This document shows, in pieces, positions 17,294 through 26,645 of a stretch of DNA of 64,000 bases. The DNA comes from an uncultured Bdellovibrionales bacterium (GTDB taxonomy: Bacteria > Patescibacteriota > Minisyncoccia > Moranbacterales > UBA1568). Numbering within the stretch: the stretch's first letter is position 1; each line of letters begins with the position of its first letter. Made by a program: the position numbers and the translations under genes. Under the pieces are notes generated by a model, which was not told the DNA's origin, did no database searches, and worked only from the letters and a program-made list of their open reading frames with translations. The DNA lies in assembly GCA_964612055.1 (NCBI GenBank), contig CAZTBI010000001.1, positions 228,824 to 292,823 of the forward strand, read 5' to 3'.

Positions 17294-17302
17294 TGCTACA
17301 CC

Positions 17303-19231
17303 TTATTTTTTCTCTTCGCTAGGCTTCTCCTCGCCAGCAGGCTCGGTTTCGGCGTCCCTTGGAGCTTCCGTAGAGCCTTCCTTCTTCTCGCCATCTTCTG
17401 CCTGGCTCGGCGAAGCTTTAGCGGAGTCGGCAGCGGCTTGGTACAGTTTTTGTCCGATTTTTTGCGCCTCTTGAGACAAAACCTCGGTAGCTTTCTTGAT
17501 GGCTTCTAGATCATCGCCATTCTTTACCTTGTTCAATTCCGTGATGGCGTCTTCGACTGGTTTCTTCTCATCAGCCGTGACCTTGTCACCCGCATCCTTG
17601 AGTGCCTTTTCTGTCGTGTAGGACAGAGTATCAGCCATATTACGAGCTTCGATCAATTCTTTCTTTTTCTTGTCTTCATCAGCATGCATCTCAGCATCCT
17701 TCTTCATACGCTCGATCTCCTCTTTGGAAAGTCCAGTTGAAGACTCGATACGAATGTTCTGACTCTTGCCGGTCGCCTTGTCCTTGGCGGTTACCGAGAG
17801 AATACCAGAAGCATCAATGTCGAATGTGACTTCGATCTGTGGCACCCCGCGTGGAGCAGGCATGATGCCATCGAGGATGAACTGACCGAGAGATTTGTTG
17901 TCAGAGGCCATCTCACGCTCACCCTGGAGCACATGAATCTGCACGCTCGGCTGATTGTCAGACGCGGTCGAGAAGACCTGTGAGCGGCTAACTGGGATAG
18001 TCGTGTTGCGATCAATAAGCGGTGTCCGGACTCCTCCCATGGTTTCGATACCAAAGGTAAGCGGCGTGACATCAAGCAAGAGCACATCTTTCACCGAACC
18101 TTCGAGCACACCACCCTGGATAGCAGCACCGAGAGCCACTACTTCATCTGGGTTCACCGTGATGTTTGCCTTCTTGCCGAAGAATTTCTCAACAGAAGAA
18201 AGGACAAGTGGCATACGGGTCATACCACCGACCAACACCACTTCGTTGATATCAGAGACAGAGAGCTTGGCATCAGCAAGTGCTTTCTTGACTGGTTCAA
18301 ACGATGCCTCAACCAAGTCACCGACTAATTCTTCCAGCTTGGCACGGCTCATCTTGATCAGAAGGTGCTTCGGACCATCGCTACCGGCAGTGATAAACGG
18401 CTGATTGATTTCTGTTTCTTGAGCGGTCGAGAGTTCAATCTTGGCTTTTTCAGCAGCTTCCTTGATACGCTGGAGCGCCAATGGATCTTTCGAGAGATCG
18501 AGTCCTTCTTGCTTCTTGAATTCATCGAGAATCCAGTGAATAATCCGCTGATCGAAGTCATCACCACCTAAGTGGGTATCACCGTTGGTCGAACGGACTT
18601 CTACGGTGTCTTCGGAAACTTCGAGGATAGAGATATCAAAGGTTCCACCACCTAAGTCATAGACAGCGATCTTCTCATCTTTCTTTTTGTTGAAACCATA
18701 GGCGAGCGCTGCTGCTGTTGGTTCGTTGATGATACGACGGACATTGAAGCCTGCGATTTCTCCAGCTTCTTTGGTCGCTTTGCGTTGCGAATCATCGAAG
18801 TAGGCCGGTACGGTGATGACCGCGTCGGTGATCTTTTCTCCGAGCTTTTCCTCAGCATCCGCTTTCAGTTTGGCGAGGATCATACCACTAATTTCCTGTG
18901 GTGTGTATTCTTTGCCACCCATGACGATCTTCACCCCTTCACCGGCCTGAATAACCTTGTACGGCAAGGTCTTCATGTCGCGGCTCACTTCTTCATCGTT
19001 GAAATGTCGTCCGATGAGACGCTTCACGGAGAACAGCGTGTTCTCTGGATTGGTGACCGATTGGCGCTTGGCAAGCAAACCTACCAGACGCTCATTAGTC
19101 TTGCTCATCGCTACCATCGACGGCGTGGTGCGATTCCCCTCCTTGTTTTCGATAATGCTAGGAGTCCCTCCTTCGACAAATGCCATCGCCGAGTTGGTGG
19201 TCCCGAGATCGATACCTAATATCTTGGCCAT
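17303..19231 (-). CDS. dnaK: Chaperone DnaK (Hsp70)
   Basis: [16 protein letters not shown] and other Hsp70 signatures. Confidence 0.95.
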   Translation of the reverse strand: MAKILGIDLGTTNSAMAFVEGGTPSIIENKEGNRTTPSMVAMSKTNERLVGLLAKRQSVTNPENTLFSVKRLIGRHFNDEEVSRDMKTLPYKVIQAGEGVKIVMGGKEYTPQEISGMILAKLKADAEEKLGEKITDAVITVPAYFDDSQRKATKEAGEIAGFNVRRIINEPTAAALAYGFNKKKDEKIAVYDLGGGTFDISILEVSEDTVEVRSTNGDTHLGGDDFDQRIIHWILDEFKKQEGLDLSKDPLALQRIKEAAEKAKIELSTAQETEINQPFITAGSDGPKHLLIKMSRAKLEELVGDLVEASFEPVKKALADAKLSVSDINEVVLVGGMTRMPLVLSSVEKFFGKKANITVNPDEVVALGAAIQGGVLEGSVKDVLLLDVTPLTFGIETMGGVRTPLIDRNTTIPVSRSQVFSTASDNQPSVQIHVLQGEREMASDNKSLGQFILDGIMPAPRGVPQIEVTFDIDASGILSVTAKDKATGKSQNIRIESSTGLSKEEIERMKKDAEMHADEDKKKKELIEARNMADTLSYTTEKALKDAGDKVTADEKKPVEDAITELNKVKNGDDLEAIKKATEVLSQEAQKIGQKLYQAAADSAKASPSQAEDGEKKEGSTEAPRDAETEPAGEEKPSEEKK

Positions 19232-19271
19232 ATGTTTGTAGTTACTACTTATATTCTTTATTATCTGAAAG

Positions 19272-20177
19272 TTATTTTACTGATACTTTTGCTGGGCGGA
19301 TCACTTTGCCTCCAAGTCGGAAACCATTTTGGAGTACTTTCGCTATCACATGCTTTTCTGCTTCTTTCTTCCCTTGCCCGTCCGTAGCCTCGGCAGAGGA
19401 GGGTTCGTTTTCTTGACTGACGGCTTCATGAATAGTCGGATCAAATGCGTCCCCTTCTTTTGCTTCTATCACTTCGACACCGTTCTGCTTTACTACGTCT
19501 TCCAACTGTTTCTCGATGTACTGGATACCAACGACCCAAGGGCTCTCTTTCTGTTCCGGTGGGACATGCATGGTCGCGGCACGGAAGTTATCGAGAACTG
19601 GGATGATATCGAGAACCAATTTTTCTATCAGATAGCCGCCAAGTTCTTTCTGTGATTCCTGCTGACGCTTTTTGTAGTTTTCAAAGTCCGCCTGTATTCG
19701 CTTGAGATCTGTCAGATATTCTTCCTTCTGTATATGAGTTGTAGCAGAACGGATAAACTCCTTTAGCCATGATTTATACTCTTTTCCGGATTCTATCTCC
19801 TCGACCGTCTTCCAATCGTATTCAGAATGTTCATCACTGATATTGATTTCTCCACCTTTGAAAATAGTGAGGTAGGCGAATACCGCTCGGTATGGGTCGT
19901 TGTTTCGGTCTGAATCAAGTTTCATGTGACATCCAGCAACCGCACCCTTGAGGTCAAATTCTATCTCTTCTCCTAATTCTTCTTTAATTTCACGAAACAG
20001 AGCCGCTTCCACATTTTCTCCTGTATCTACTCGACCCCCGGGAAGCTCCCATGGGCCATACTTCTGATGATACTCTGAATCCTCAAACGCATCCTTCACC
20101 AAAAGAAACTTCTTATCGCTTGGTCGGTACAGAATTATTTTCTGACTGAGTTGGAAATGTTCGTAATTTTTGTTCAT
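19272..20177 (-). CDS. grpE: Fusion protein: N-terminal Nudix hydrolase domain plus C-terminal GrpE nucleotide-exchange factor
   Basis: Residues about 1-150 carry a perfect Nudix box [25 protein letters not shown]. Residues about 155-301 are GrpE-like (DFENYKKR helix, [14 protein letters not shown] tail). It sits between hrcA and dnaK. Confidence 0.8.
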   Translation of the reverse strand: MNKNYEHFQLSQKIILYRPSDKKFLLVKDAFEDSEYHQKYGPWELPGGRVDTGENVEAALFREIKEELGEEIEFDLKGAVAGCHMKLDSDRNNDPYRAVFAYLTIFKGGEINISDEHSEYDWKTVEEIESGKEYKSWLKEFIRSATTHIQKEEYLTDLKRIQADFENYKKRQQESQKELGGYLIEKLVLDIIPVLDNFRAATMHVPPEQKESPWVVGIQYIEKQLEDVVKQNGVEVIEAKEGDAFDPTIHEAVSQENEPSSAEATDGQGKKEAEKHVIAKVLQNGFRLGGKVIRPAKVSVK

Positions 20178-20181
20178 ATTT

Positions 20182-20937
20182 TTATCCGATGAAATATACG
20201 GCGTTACTGGTTACTAAAATTATTACGAGTGAGGAGCCGAGCATCTTGCGCATGTATTCAATGAGGGATTTGTTCTTGGCGTAGTCCATGCGCTTGGGAC
20301 CGATGATAGCGAGCATGCCGCGTCCTTCGTCTGTCTGATAGGGAGCCACAATCATGGAACAGTTATTGATACCACTGATAGGGTTTTCATTACCGATAAA
20401 AATACGTGTTTCACCATCTTTCAATTTCAGCATGATACCGTCTACTTTTTCATCGAGCGAATCCAGTGTTTCTACCAACTGACAGAGCTCATCCATTTCT
20501 TGAAATTCTGGATTGTCGATCAGTTCCCGAATTCCGAAATCGTAGTATTCATCTTTATCAACGATACCTGAGACGGCGAGGTTACCAGAGAGGGATGAGA
20601 GGAGCTTGGCGGTACTGCGACCCAGGCGCATGTGCTTGGCTTTCAGAGTCAGGAGTTCTTTTTGCAAACGACGTTGATCTTCGCGTGACAGATCCTGATC
20701 CCCCATCATCTCCTCAACGTAGATCCGATACCCTTGGTCAGTCGGGATACGTCCGGCAGAGACGTGCGGTTGATACAGATACCCCTCTTCTTCCAAGGCT
20801 GCCATGTCGTTTCGCAACGTTGCCGAGCTTACTCCGAAATCATAATGTTCAAGCAGTGCCTGTGAACCAACTGGGATCGCTGTCTTGGTGTACAGTTCGA
20901 CGATCGCAGAAAGAAGTTGTTTTTGACGATCATTCAT
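20182..20937 (-). CDS. hrcA: Heat-inducible transcription repressor HrcA
   Basis: HrcA-like sequence. Start set at MNDRQKQLL. The ORF-track start at 20979 is a GTG inside the CIRCE element. Confidence 0.85.
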   Translation of the reverse strand: MNDRQKQLLSAIVELYTKTAIPVGSQALLEHYDFGVSSATLRNDMAALEEEGYLYQPHVSAGRIPTDQGYRIYVEEMMGDQDLSREDQRRLQKELLTLKAKHMRLGRSTAKLLSSLSGNLAVSGIVDKDEYYDFGIRELIDNPEFQEMDELCQLVETLDSLDEKVDGIMLKLKDGETRIFIGNENPISGINNCSMIVAPYQTDEGRGMLAIIGPKRMDYAKNKSLIEYMRKMLGSSLVIILVTSNAVYFIG

Positions 20938-20958
20938 AAAGTTTTCTATTACAACTTC

Positions 20959-20999
20959 ATTATATAAAGTGATTAGCACTCTGTCAAGTAGAGTGCTAA
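20959..20999 (-). promoter_or_regulatory. CIRCE operator TTAGCACTC-N9-GAGTGCTAA, with the -35 TTGACA inside the spacer and a -10 TATAAT (17-nt spacing) for the hrcA-grpE-dnaK operon
   Basis: Read directly: CIRCE at 20973-20999, -35 at 20982-20987 and -10 at 20959-20964 on the minus strand. Confidence 0.85.
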
Positions 21000-21064
21000 T
21001 TAGGAAGCATCTGGCATTTTTAGGTATGAAAAAAGCCCGGAGGATAGCGATCCTTTCGAGCTTG

Positions 21065-21250
21065 TCAGCGATTCATCAAAGACGGCTTCTTGCTATCCAC
21101 GCTGTTGTGGGCATAGCAAGGAACGCGCGCCGGGCAAGTCTCACAGAACATACTGCCGACGTGTTGCTTGGCATCTTCGATTGGTATCCGCATACCGACG
21201 CCATTTCGTTTGGCAAGACACATCACGGTTGGAACAAGAGGCACTTCCAT
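21065..21250 (-). CDS. Small Cys4 protein (61 aa), paralog of the 21443-21619 product
   Basis: GAGGAA SD that incorporates the stop of the upstream ORF. Cys spacing C-x24-C-x2-C-x5-C is shared with its paralog. Confidence 0.45.
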   Translation of the reverse strand: MEVPLVPTVMCLAKRNGVGMRIPIEDAKQHVGSMFCETCPARVPCYAHNSVDSKKPSLMNR

Positions 21251-21254
21251 TGTT

Positions 21255-21428
21255 TCCTCATTTCTTGTTGCGCATCCGGTGTGGAACCTTACGGCGGTTG
21301 TTTTTCTTCCGCCGCGACGTCGGGTTGTTGGAATGACTCGATCCCCTTCGACTCAAGGCCGGTTCAGCAGAAGCAGCCAACGCCATTGCCCAGAGCAATA
21401 CAGGGAGCACGAGGTAATCTTTCAGCAT
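21255..21428 (-). CDS. Small secreted, highly basic peptide (57 aa; signal peptide ending ASA, then an Arg/Lys-rich 36-aa mature part)
   Basis: AGGAGA SD that incorporates the TAG of the upstream ORF. Translation: MLKDYLVLPVLLWAMALAASAEPALSRRGSSHSNNPTSRRKKNNRRKVPHRMRNKK. Confidence 0.4.
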
Positions 21429-21442
21429 TTCAGTGTCTCCTA

Positions 21443-21619
21443 TTTCTCAGTCGAGGGAGGCTGGTTGCATGATTGCCTCACAGGACAATGTTCACACACC
21501 CAACCACCATTGTTGTACTTTCGGGCTTTTCGCAGCTTGATGTGTTCTCCGCGTCCCCTGTTGGCAACTTGGCAGTAGACCAGAGTTCTACCGCCAGCCC
21601 TGATGACAATAGTCTTCAT
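21443..21619 (-). CDS. Small Cys4 protein (58 aa)
   Basis: AAGGAG SD 7 nt upstream. Translation: MKTIVIRAGGRTLVYCQVANRGRGEHIKLRKARKYNNGGWVCEHCPVRQSC. It is absent from the ORF list because it is under 60 aa. Confidence 0.45.
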
Positions 21620-21656
21620 GATCTACTCCTTCTCAATCAAAAAAATGAAGCACTCC

Positions 21657-22046
21657 TCAGGAGAGGCCGAACTTGGCGAGGAAGGCAGCTTCTTCCGCCC
21701 GAGACCTCTCCTTTGCTAGCTCGTCCAGAGCCATTGAACATTCAACCCCGCATACGCCCGACCAGAGACGCTTGACTGGATCGTTCGGCTTTTTGCCGTC
21801 ATCACGATACCCCCACGGGAGTTGAAACGTCTTCTTGCAGCCTGTAACAGGCTGAGCAAGGCAGGTAAGAACCGGCAGATGATCATGTTCCGTACCACGA
21901 GCCTCCGTCGGCCGTTTATAGACGATGGTTTTTTCGGGACGCCTCTCTCTTTGCTCATCCTCATCACTGTCTACGAGATGCGGCAGGGCTCCACCGCGCA
22001 GCCTCTTGAAATCGTCCAGCGACGTCAATTTCGCAGGTCTGGCCAT
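21657..22046 (-). CDS. Hypothetical protein, high GC, with a CxxxC pair
   Basis: 129-aa ORF in an operon with yidD and the small-protein module. Confidence 0.4.
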   Translation of the reverse strand: MARPAKLTSLDDFKRLRGGALPHLVDSDEDEQRERRPEKTIVYKRPTEARGTEHDHLPVLTCLAQPVTGCKKTFQLPWGYRDDGKKPNDPVKRLWSGVCGVECSMALDELAKERSRAEEAAFLAKFGLS

Positions 22047-22074
22047 TGCTTTCCCCTTGGTTCGTTGTTAAAGA

Positions 22075-22326
22075 TCACGACAATGGGTCGTACCCACCGT
22101 CGTTCCATGGATGGCAGCGAAGGACACGTTTGCATCCTATCCAGCTTCCTCGGAAAACTCCATAGCGTTCGATCGCCTGATAGGAGTACTCTGAGCACGT
22201 CGGATAGAATCGGCAGAAGCGCTCGCCGAAAATCTTACCTATGATCCCATGGTCAAAGGACAGGGTTTTTTGATAGAGACGAATAAGCCCAAGTACGATG
22301 CTCTTCCACATATCGTCATTCTCCAT
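22075..22326 (-). CDS. yidD: Membrane protein insertion efficiency factor YidD
   Basis: RFYPTCSEY...[15 protein letters not shown] motifs. Confidence 0.75.
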   Translation of the reverse strand: MENDDMWKSIVLGLIRLYQKTLSFDHGIIGKIFGERFCRFYPTCSEYSYQAIERYGVFRGSWIGCKRVLRCHPWNDGGYDPLS

Positions 22327-22399
22327 CTTTCAGGCGAAAAGTCAACTCTAAGAAGAATTTTATGATATAATTCAGAGGAAATAAAAACCGAAAGAAAAA

Positions 22400-23308
22400 A
22401 TGAAAACCATCGAGCACAAACACCTCACATGGATTGATTTTGAGAATCCAGCGCCGGACGATATCACCTATCTCCAGGAGAACTTCAATATCCATCCGCT
22501 GGCCATTGAAGAACTGGTCACGCCAACGTACCAACCAAAAGTCGTTCAGTACGATGGCTGTTTGTTTTTTTCCGTCCACATTCCGCTTTTTGATACCAAA
22601 CTGCGCACTACCTATCCGGGTGAACTCGACATCATTCTGACCAACCACCACCTGATCACCAGTCACAAGCAAGGCATCTATCAATTGACCAACTTTTTTG
22701 AGTCACTCGAAAAGAGCGAAGGAAAACGCCGTCTCTTTCTCGAGAACTCCCCTGCCAAGCTCCTGCACCAATTGCTCGAAATTCTGCTCAATTCTTGCTT
22801 TCCTCGACTCGATCATATTAGTAAGAAGCTCGACTTTATCGAAGCCGAAGTGTTCGCTGGCAAAGAAAAGGAAATGGTGTTTGAAATATCCGTTCTCAAA
22901 CGTGATGTGCTCAATTTCCGCCGAACGCTCAAGCCGCAACGCGCCATCATCGAATCCCTCGTTCAAAAAGATCATCCGTTCATCCCGGATGACATGAAGG
23001 TATATTTCAGTGACCTGGTCGGTACCAACATCCGTCTCTGGAACATGCTCGAGAGTCAAAAAGAAACCATCGAAGCCTTGGAAGATACCAACAACTCTCT
23101 CCTCTCGAACAAACTCGACCAGACCATGAAAGTGCTCACTATCTTCTCGGCCATCCTCCTCCCCCTGACTGCCTACTCCAACATGATGGCCATGAATGCT
23201 GCCGTACCCTTTCTCGGGAACCACTACGGCTTTTGGATCCATCTCGGCATCATGGCCGTGATTTCTGTCATGACCTTTGGTATCTTCAAATTCAAAAAGT
23301 GGCTGTAA
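22400..23308 (+). CDS. corA: CorA family magnesium/cobalt transporter
   Basis: Two C-terminal TM helices and an AMN variant of the GMN motif. The antisense ORF 22316-22684 was rejected. Confidence 0.8.
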   Translation: MKTIEHKHLTWIDFENPAPDDITYLQENFNIHPLAIEELVTPTYQPKVVQYDGCLFFSVHIPLFDTKLRTTYPGELDIILTNHHLITSHKQGIYQLTNFFESLEKSEGKRRLFLENSPAKLLHQLLEILLNSCFPRLDHISKKLDFIEAEVFAGKEKEMVFEISVLKRDVLNFRRTLKPQRAIIESLVQKDHPFIPDDMKVYFSDLVGTNIRLWNMLESQKETIEALEDTNNSLLSNKLDQTMKVLTIFSAILLPLTAYSNMMAMNAAVPFLGNHYGFWIHLGIMAVISVMTFGIFKFKKWL

Positions 23309-23333
23309 AAAAAGACACGTCGTTGACGTGTCA
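23307..23333 (-). terminator. Terminator for the 23341-23961 gene
   Basis: GACACGT-CGTTG-ACGTGTC followed by a T-run on the minus strand. Confidence 0.45.
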
Positions 23334-23340
23334 CATTGCT

Positions 23341-23961
23341 TCACTGAAGCACAATCGAAGAGCCACCCCCTTCTTCGCCCTCTTCCATTTCTTCAGAATC
23401 ATCAAGATAGAACTTCAAGGTGCCTGAGAGCTTCGGGGAAAGTTCGACCTTATAGAAATCAGCCATCCCCGCGATTTGAAAAGCGATTTCTTGACCTATC
23501 TCCGTTCCGGCCTCGACAGCTTCCTCCAAGGCCTCTACACTGCCCATCACAAACTCGATAAGGGTCTCTCGATCGATTTTGAGACGTGTCCATTCCGCGA
23601 GATCGGACCTACGGAAACGAAGTATGAGATCTGGGTAGTTCCTTAGATCGCGGACAAGTGTCACAAACTCGAAATACTCAGCGAAGCATTCTTGGCTTTT
23701 CTGGTCATTTTCTGCCTCCGCCGCTTCGTACACCATTTGCTGCATCTGTGCCGCATACGCTACCTGATCGAACGCTTCCCCGCCCCTTCGGAACTTCTTC
23801 AGCCGTTCAAAATTCTTCTCAATCAAAGCGGTCAATTCTATGGCAGAAGGAAGCCCCTCAACCACCTCTTCCCCCTCTTCCATTCTTTCCAAGATTCCAT
23901 AGCAGGAAACTATTTCCTTGAAAACAGTCACCATGGTTTCCAAGGTTTTCCACGCATCCAT
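23341..23961 (-). CDS. Hypothetical protein; paralog of the 24099-24722 product
   Basis: Shared blocks LAEWTRLKIDRETLIEF / LHEWATLTVDRETLYPF. Confidence 0.45.
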   Translation of the reverse strand: MDAWKTLETMVTVFKEIVSCYGILERMEEGEEVVEGLPSAIELTALIEKNFERLKKFRRGGEAFDQVAYAAQMQQMVYEAAEAENDQKSQECFAEYFEFVTLVRDLRNYPDLILRFRRSDLAEWTRLKIDRETLIEFVMGSVEALEEAVEAGTEIGQEIAFQIAGMADFYKVELSPKLSGTLKFYLDDSEEMEEGEEGGGSSIVLQ

Positions 23962-24046
23962 GTCCGTCTCCTTTCGGAAGGTGAGTTGTGAATGTTCTGA
24001 TTGACCAGAGTATAGTGAGTACGCTTCGCTTTGTCAAAGTTCCAAC

Positions 24047-24080
24047 AAATGAAAAAGGACTGGCACGTTGGCACAGTCCT
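24047..24080 (-). terminator. Terminator for the 24099-24722 gene
   Basis: GGACTG-GCACGTTGGCA-CAGTCC followed by TTTTTC on the minus strand. Confidence 0.5.
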
Positions 24081-24098
24081 TGCGTCTGATATGAAAGT

Positions 24099-24722
24099 TC
24101 ACGAAGTGATTTCCCGAAGCCCCTCTCGTGAGCGGAGCCAAATCGGCGAACACCCTTGATCGTGAGCGGTACTCATGTACCAGTCAACCAACCGACGCAG
24201 CCCGCTCGAAAGGTTGATACCGAAGAGATCGGCCGTCAGAGTGATGAGTTCGGCATTCACGTGAGCGTCCTCCGGGTCAGTCGTCGTCGTTTCGTAGAGC
24301 TCAGCCGCTGTTGCATTCAAACTTCCAATCAACGTCTCAGCAAACGGGTAGAGAGTCTCTCTGTCCACCGTCAGCGTCGCCCACTCATGCAGACCAACAG
24401 AACGGAAGAGGGCCACCAAATACGGGTAATGCTCGAGCATGAACACTTGGCACTGAAACCGGCAGTACTCAGTGAAAATCTGCGTCATGTCGTCAGCGCT
24501 TTCAGCCTCAGCCAGTAGCTGATGAACCTTCTTTGAATACTCTTTCATCCTGAAGACCCCAGTCCGCCCACGAAGCTGAGTCATGGCTTCCAAACGCCGA
24601 GAGATCCTGTGTTCAAGCTCGGTCATGGTGTAGCCAACGTTTCGGCCATTGGCCTGAAGTCGCCGGTAATGCTCAAGGTGAACGATTTGACTGAAAATAC
24701 TCGGAAGCAGATTCATTTCCAT
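24099..24722 (-). CDS. Hypothetical protein (paralog pair with 23341-23961)
   Basis: 207-aa ORF with its own terminator. Confidence 0.45.
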   Translation of the reverse strand: MEMNLLPSIFSQIVHLEHYRRLQANGRNVGYTMTELEHRISRRLEAMTQLRGRTGVFRMKEYSKKVHQLLAEAESADDMTQIFTEYCRFQCQVFMLEHYPYLVALFRSVGLHEWATLTVDRETLYPFAETLIGSLNATAAELYETTTTDPEDAHVNAELITLTADLFGINLSSGLRRLVDWYMSTAHDQGCSPIWLRSREGLREITS

Positions 24723-24833
24723 TTTGTTCTCCCTTCTGGAAATAGGTTGTTAACGTCCCAATCGGAATTGCGCTCAGTATAGTAACAGCTTCTCCCTTTG
24801 TCAAAAACGGCTGAAAAGCGCTATACTGGAGCA

Positions 24834-26246
24834 ATGATTCTCTACAATACTCTCTCCAAAAAGAAGGAAGAATTTGTCCCGCTCCATACTGGAAAAGTGG
24901 GGATGTATGTCTGTGGCCCGACGGTCTATGACTATATCCACGTGGGAAATATTCGTTCCTACGTTTTTGCTGATACTCTGCGTCGTGTCTTGGAAGATAT
25001 CGGCTACGAAGTGCGCCTGATCAAAAACATCACTGATGTCGGCCATCTGACGGCCGATGATATCGCCCAGGGTGACAGTGGCGAAGACAAGATCGCCAAG
25101 AAAGCTGCTAAAGAACACAAAACTCCGGAAGAAATTGCGAGTTTCTACGAAGAATACGCGCTCTCTACCGAAAAGAAAATGAATATCGAGCCGGCCCACT
25201 ATTTCCCACGTGCCACAGCACATGTGAAACAGATGATTCGCCTGATTGAGGAACTGATCATCAAAGGTCACGCGTACGAAAAGAATGGCAATGTTTTCTT
25301 GGATGTCACTACCTTTCCTGAATATGGGAAACTCTCGGGCAACAGCCTCGCTAATCTGGAAGTCGGCGCGCGTCTCGAAGAACACCCTGACAAGAAAAAT
25401 CCTTGGGACTTTGCTCTGTGGCTCAAAGCACCAGAAAAACACCTGATGCACTGGTCATCACCATGGAGCGAAGGCTATCCTGGCTGGCACATCGAATGTA
25501 GCGCCATGGCCATGGAGTACCTGGGTGACACCCTGGATATCCATACGGGTGGTGAAGACAATATTTTCCCTCATCATGAAGCAGAAATTGTGCAGTCCGA
25601 AGGAGTGACCGGCAAACCTTTTGTCCGCTATTTCGTCCATGCCAGGCACATGCTCATCGATGGTGCCAAGATGTCGAAGTCCAAAGGTAATTTCTATGTC
25701 TTGGAAGATTTGATCGAGAAAGGCTACACCCCGATGGACTTCCGCATGCTTTTGAATAGCGCTCATTATCGGAGCCAAATGAATTTCACCTGGGAATCAC
25801 TGGAGCAAGCCAAGAAAAACAAAGAGGCTTTATTCGCGACTGTTGATCGTTTGAATAGCTTATCAAAAGAAGAGACCAGTCCCGAAGGTTTCGATGGGGC
25901 TGATATGCTGCACGAAATTCGCAATGCTGTGCAAGATGATTTGAATACTCCCCAGGCACTCGCTCTCACCCTGGAACTGGCAAAGAAAATAAATACGCTG
26001 CTTGATAAGAAAGAAGTGGTGAATACCACGGTGCTCGGACTGGTATTTGAAAAGATATTTTTCTTCTTTGGGCTGGTTGCTGAAAATCAAACTGTCCCCG
26101 AAGAAGTTGAAGCATTGGCTAAAGCTCGAGATCTCGCACGAGAAAATAAAGATTTTGCGGAATCCGATCGCCTGCGTGATGAAATTACCAACCATGGCTA
26201 CCGTGTCGAAGATACCGCTCGCGGCTATCGCTTGAAAAAGATATAA
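24834..26246 (+). CDS. cysS: Cysteinyl-tRNA synthetase
   Basis: HVGNIRSY (HIGH) and KMSKSKGN motifs. Start at ATG 24834 ([14 protein letters not shown]); the ORF-track start at 24798 is a TTG. Confidence 0.9.
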   Translation: MILYNTLSKKKEEFVPLHTGKVGMYVCGPTVYDYIHVGNIRSYVFADTLRRVLEDIGYEVRLIKNITDVGHLTADDIAQGDSGEDKIAKKAAKEHKTPEEIASFYEEYALSTEKKMNIEPAHYFPRATAHVKQMIRLIEELIIKGHAYEKNGNVFLDVTTFPEYGKLSGNSLANLEVGARLEEHPDKKNPWDFALWLKAPEKHLMHWSSPWSEGYPGWHIECSAMAMEYLGDTLDIHTGGEDNIFPHHEAEIVQSEGVTGKPFVRYFVHARHMLIDGAKMSKSKGNFYVLEDLIEKGYTPMDFRMLLNSAHYRSQMNFTWESLEQAKKNKEALFATVDRLNSLSKEETSPEGFDGADMLHEIRNAVQDDLNTPQALALTLELAKKINTLLDKKEVVNTTVLGLVFEKIFFFFGLVAENQTVPEEVEALAKARDLARENKDFAESDRLRDEITNHGYRVEDTARGYRLKKI

Positions 26247-26308
26247 GTGTCCTGAAAAATGTTGAGGGCCGGAAGTCGCGTAGACTCCCGGCCCCTGTTG
26301 TTGGTCCG

Positions 26309-26491
26309 CTATTCGCTGATGATTTCCTCATTGAAACCCTCGGGGGCTCCGGAGTAATGGATCATGGCTTCAGCCATGGGCAGATTATGAACCGGTGGCG
26401 ACTCTTCACGTTGCCGTTTCAGCCCGGGAAACAGCCCGAGCAAGGCAACGAAAAAGGCAATGGCTCTTTGCTTCGAAATCTTCAGCTTCAT
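26309..26491 (-). CDS. Small membrane/secreted hypothetical protein (60 aa)
   Basis: GAGGAGA SD 6 nt upstream, an N-terminal hydrophobic segment, and a terminator hairpin downstream. Confidence 0.45.
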   Translation of the reverse strand: MKLKISKQRAIAFFVALLGLFPGLKRQREESPPVHNLPMAEAMIHYSGAPEGFNEEIISE

Positions 26492-26645
26492 GCTGATTCT
26501 CCTCTTGGTATAGGGGTTTTTGATCTGCCCGTGAATTTCACGTACAGATTCTTATTATACTCCTTTTTAAGGGTTTTGTCAATGGTGCCTAAGAAGCTAT
26601 CCACATATCCCCCATTGCTGGCTCTCTTCCAAGGAGCACGCTATA

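Noticed and set aside
20938-20979. Upstream extension of hrcA to the listed start at 20979
   Set aside because: That start is a GTG lying inside the CIRCE palindrome and the -10 box.
22316-22684. 122-aa ORF on the minus strand upstream of yidD
   Set aside because: Entirely antisense to the well-supported corA gene; no SD.
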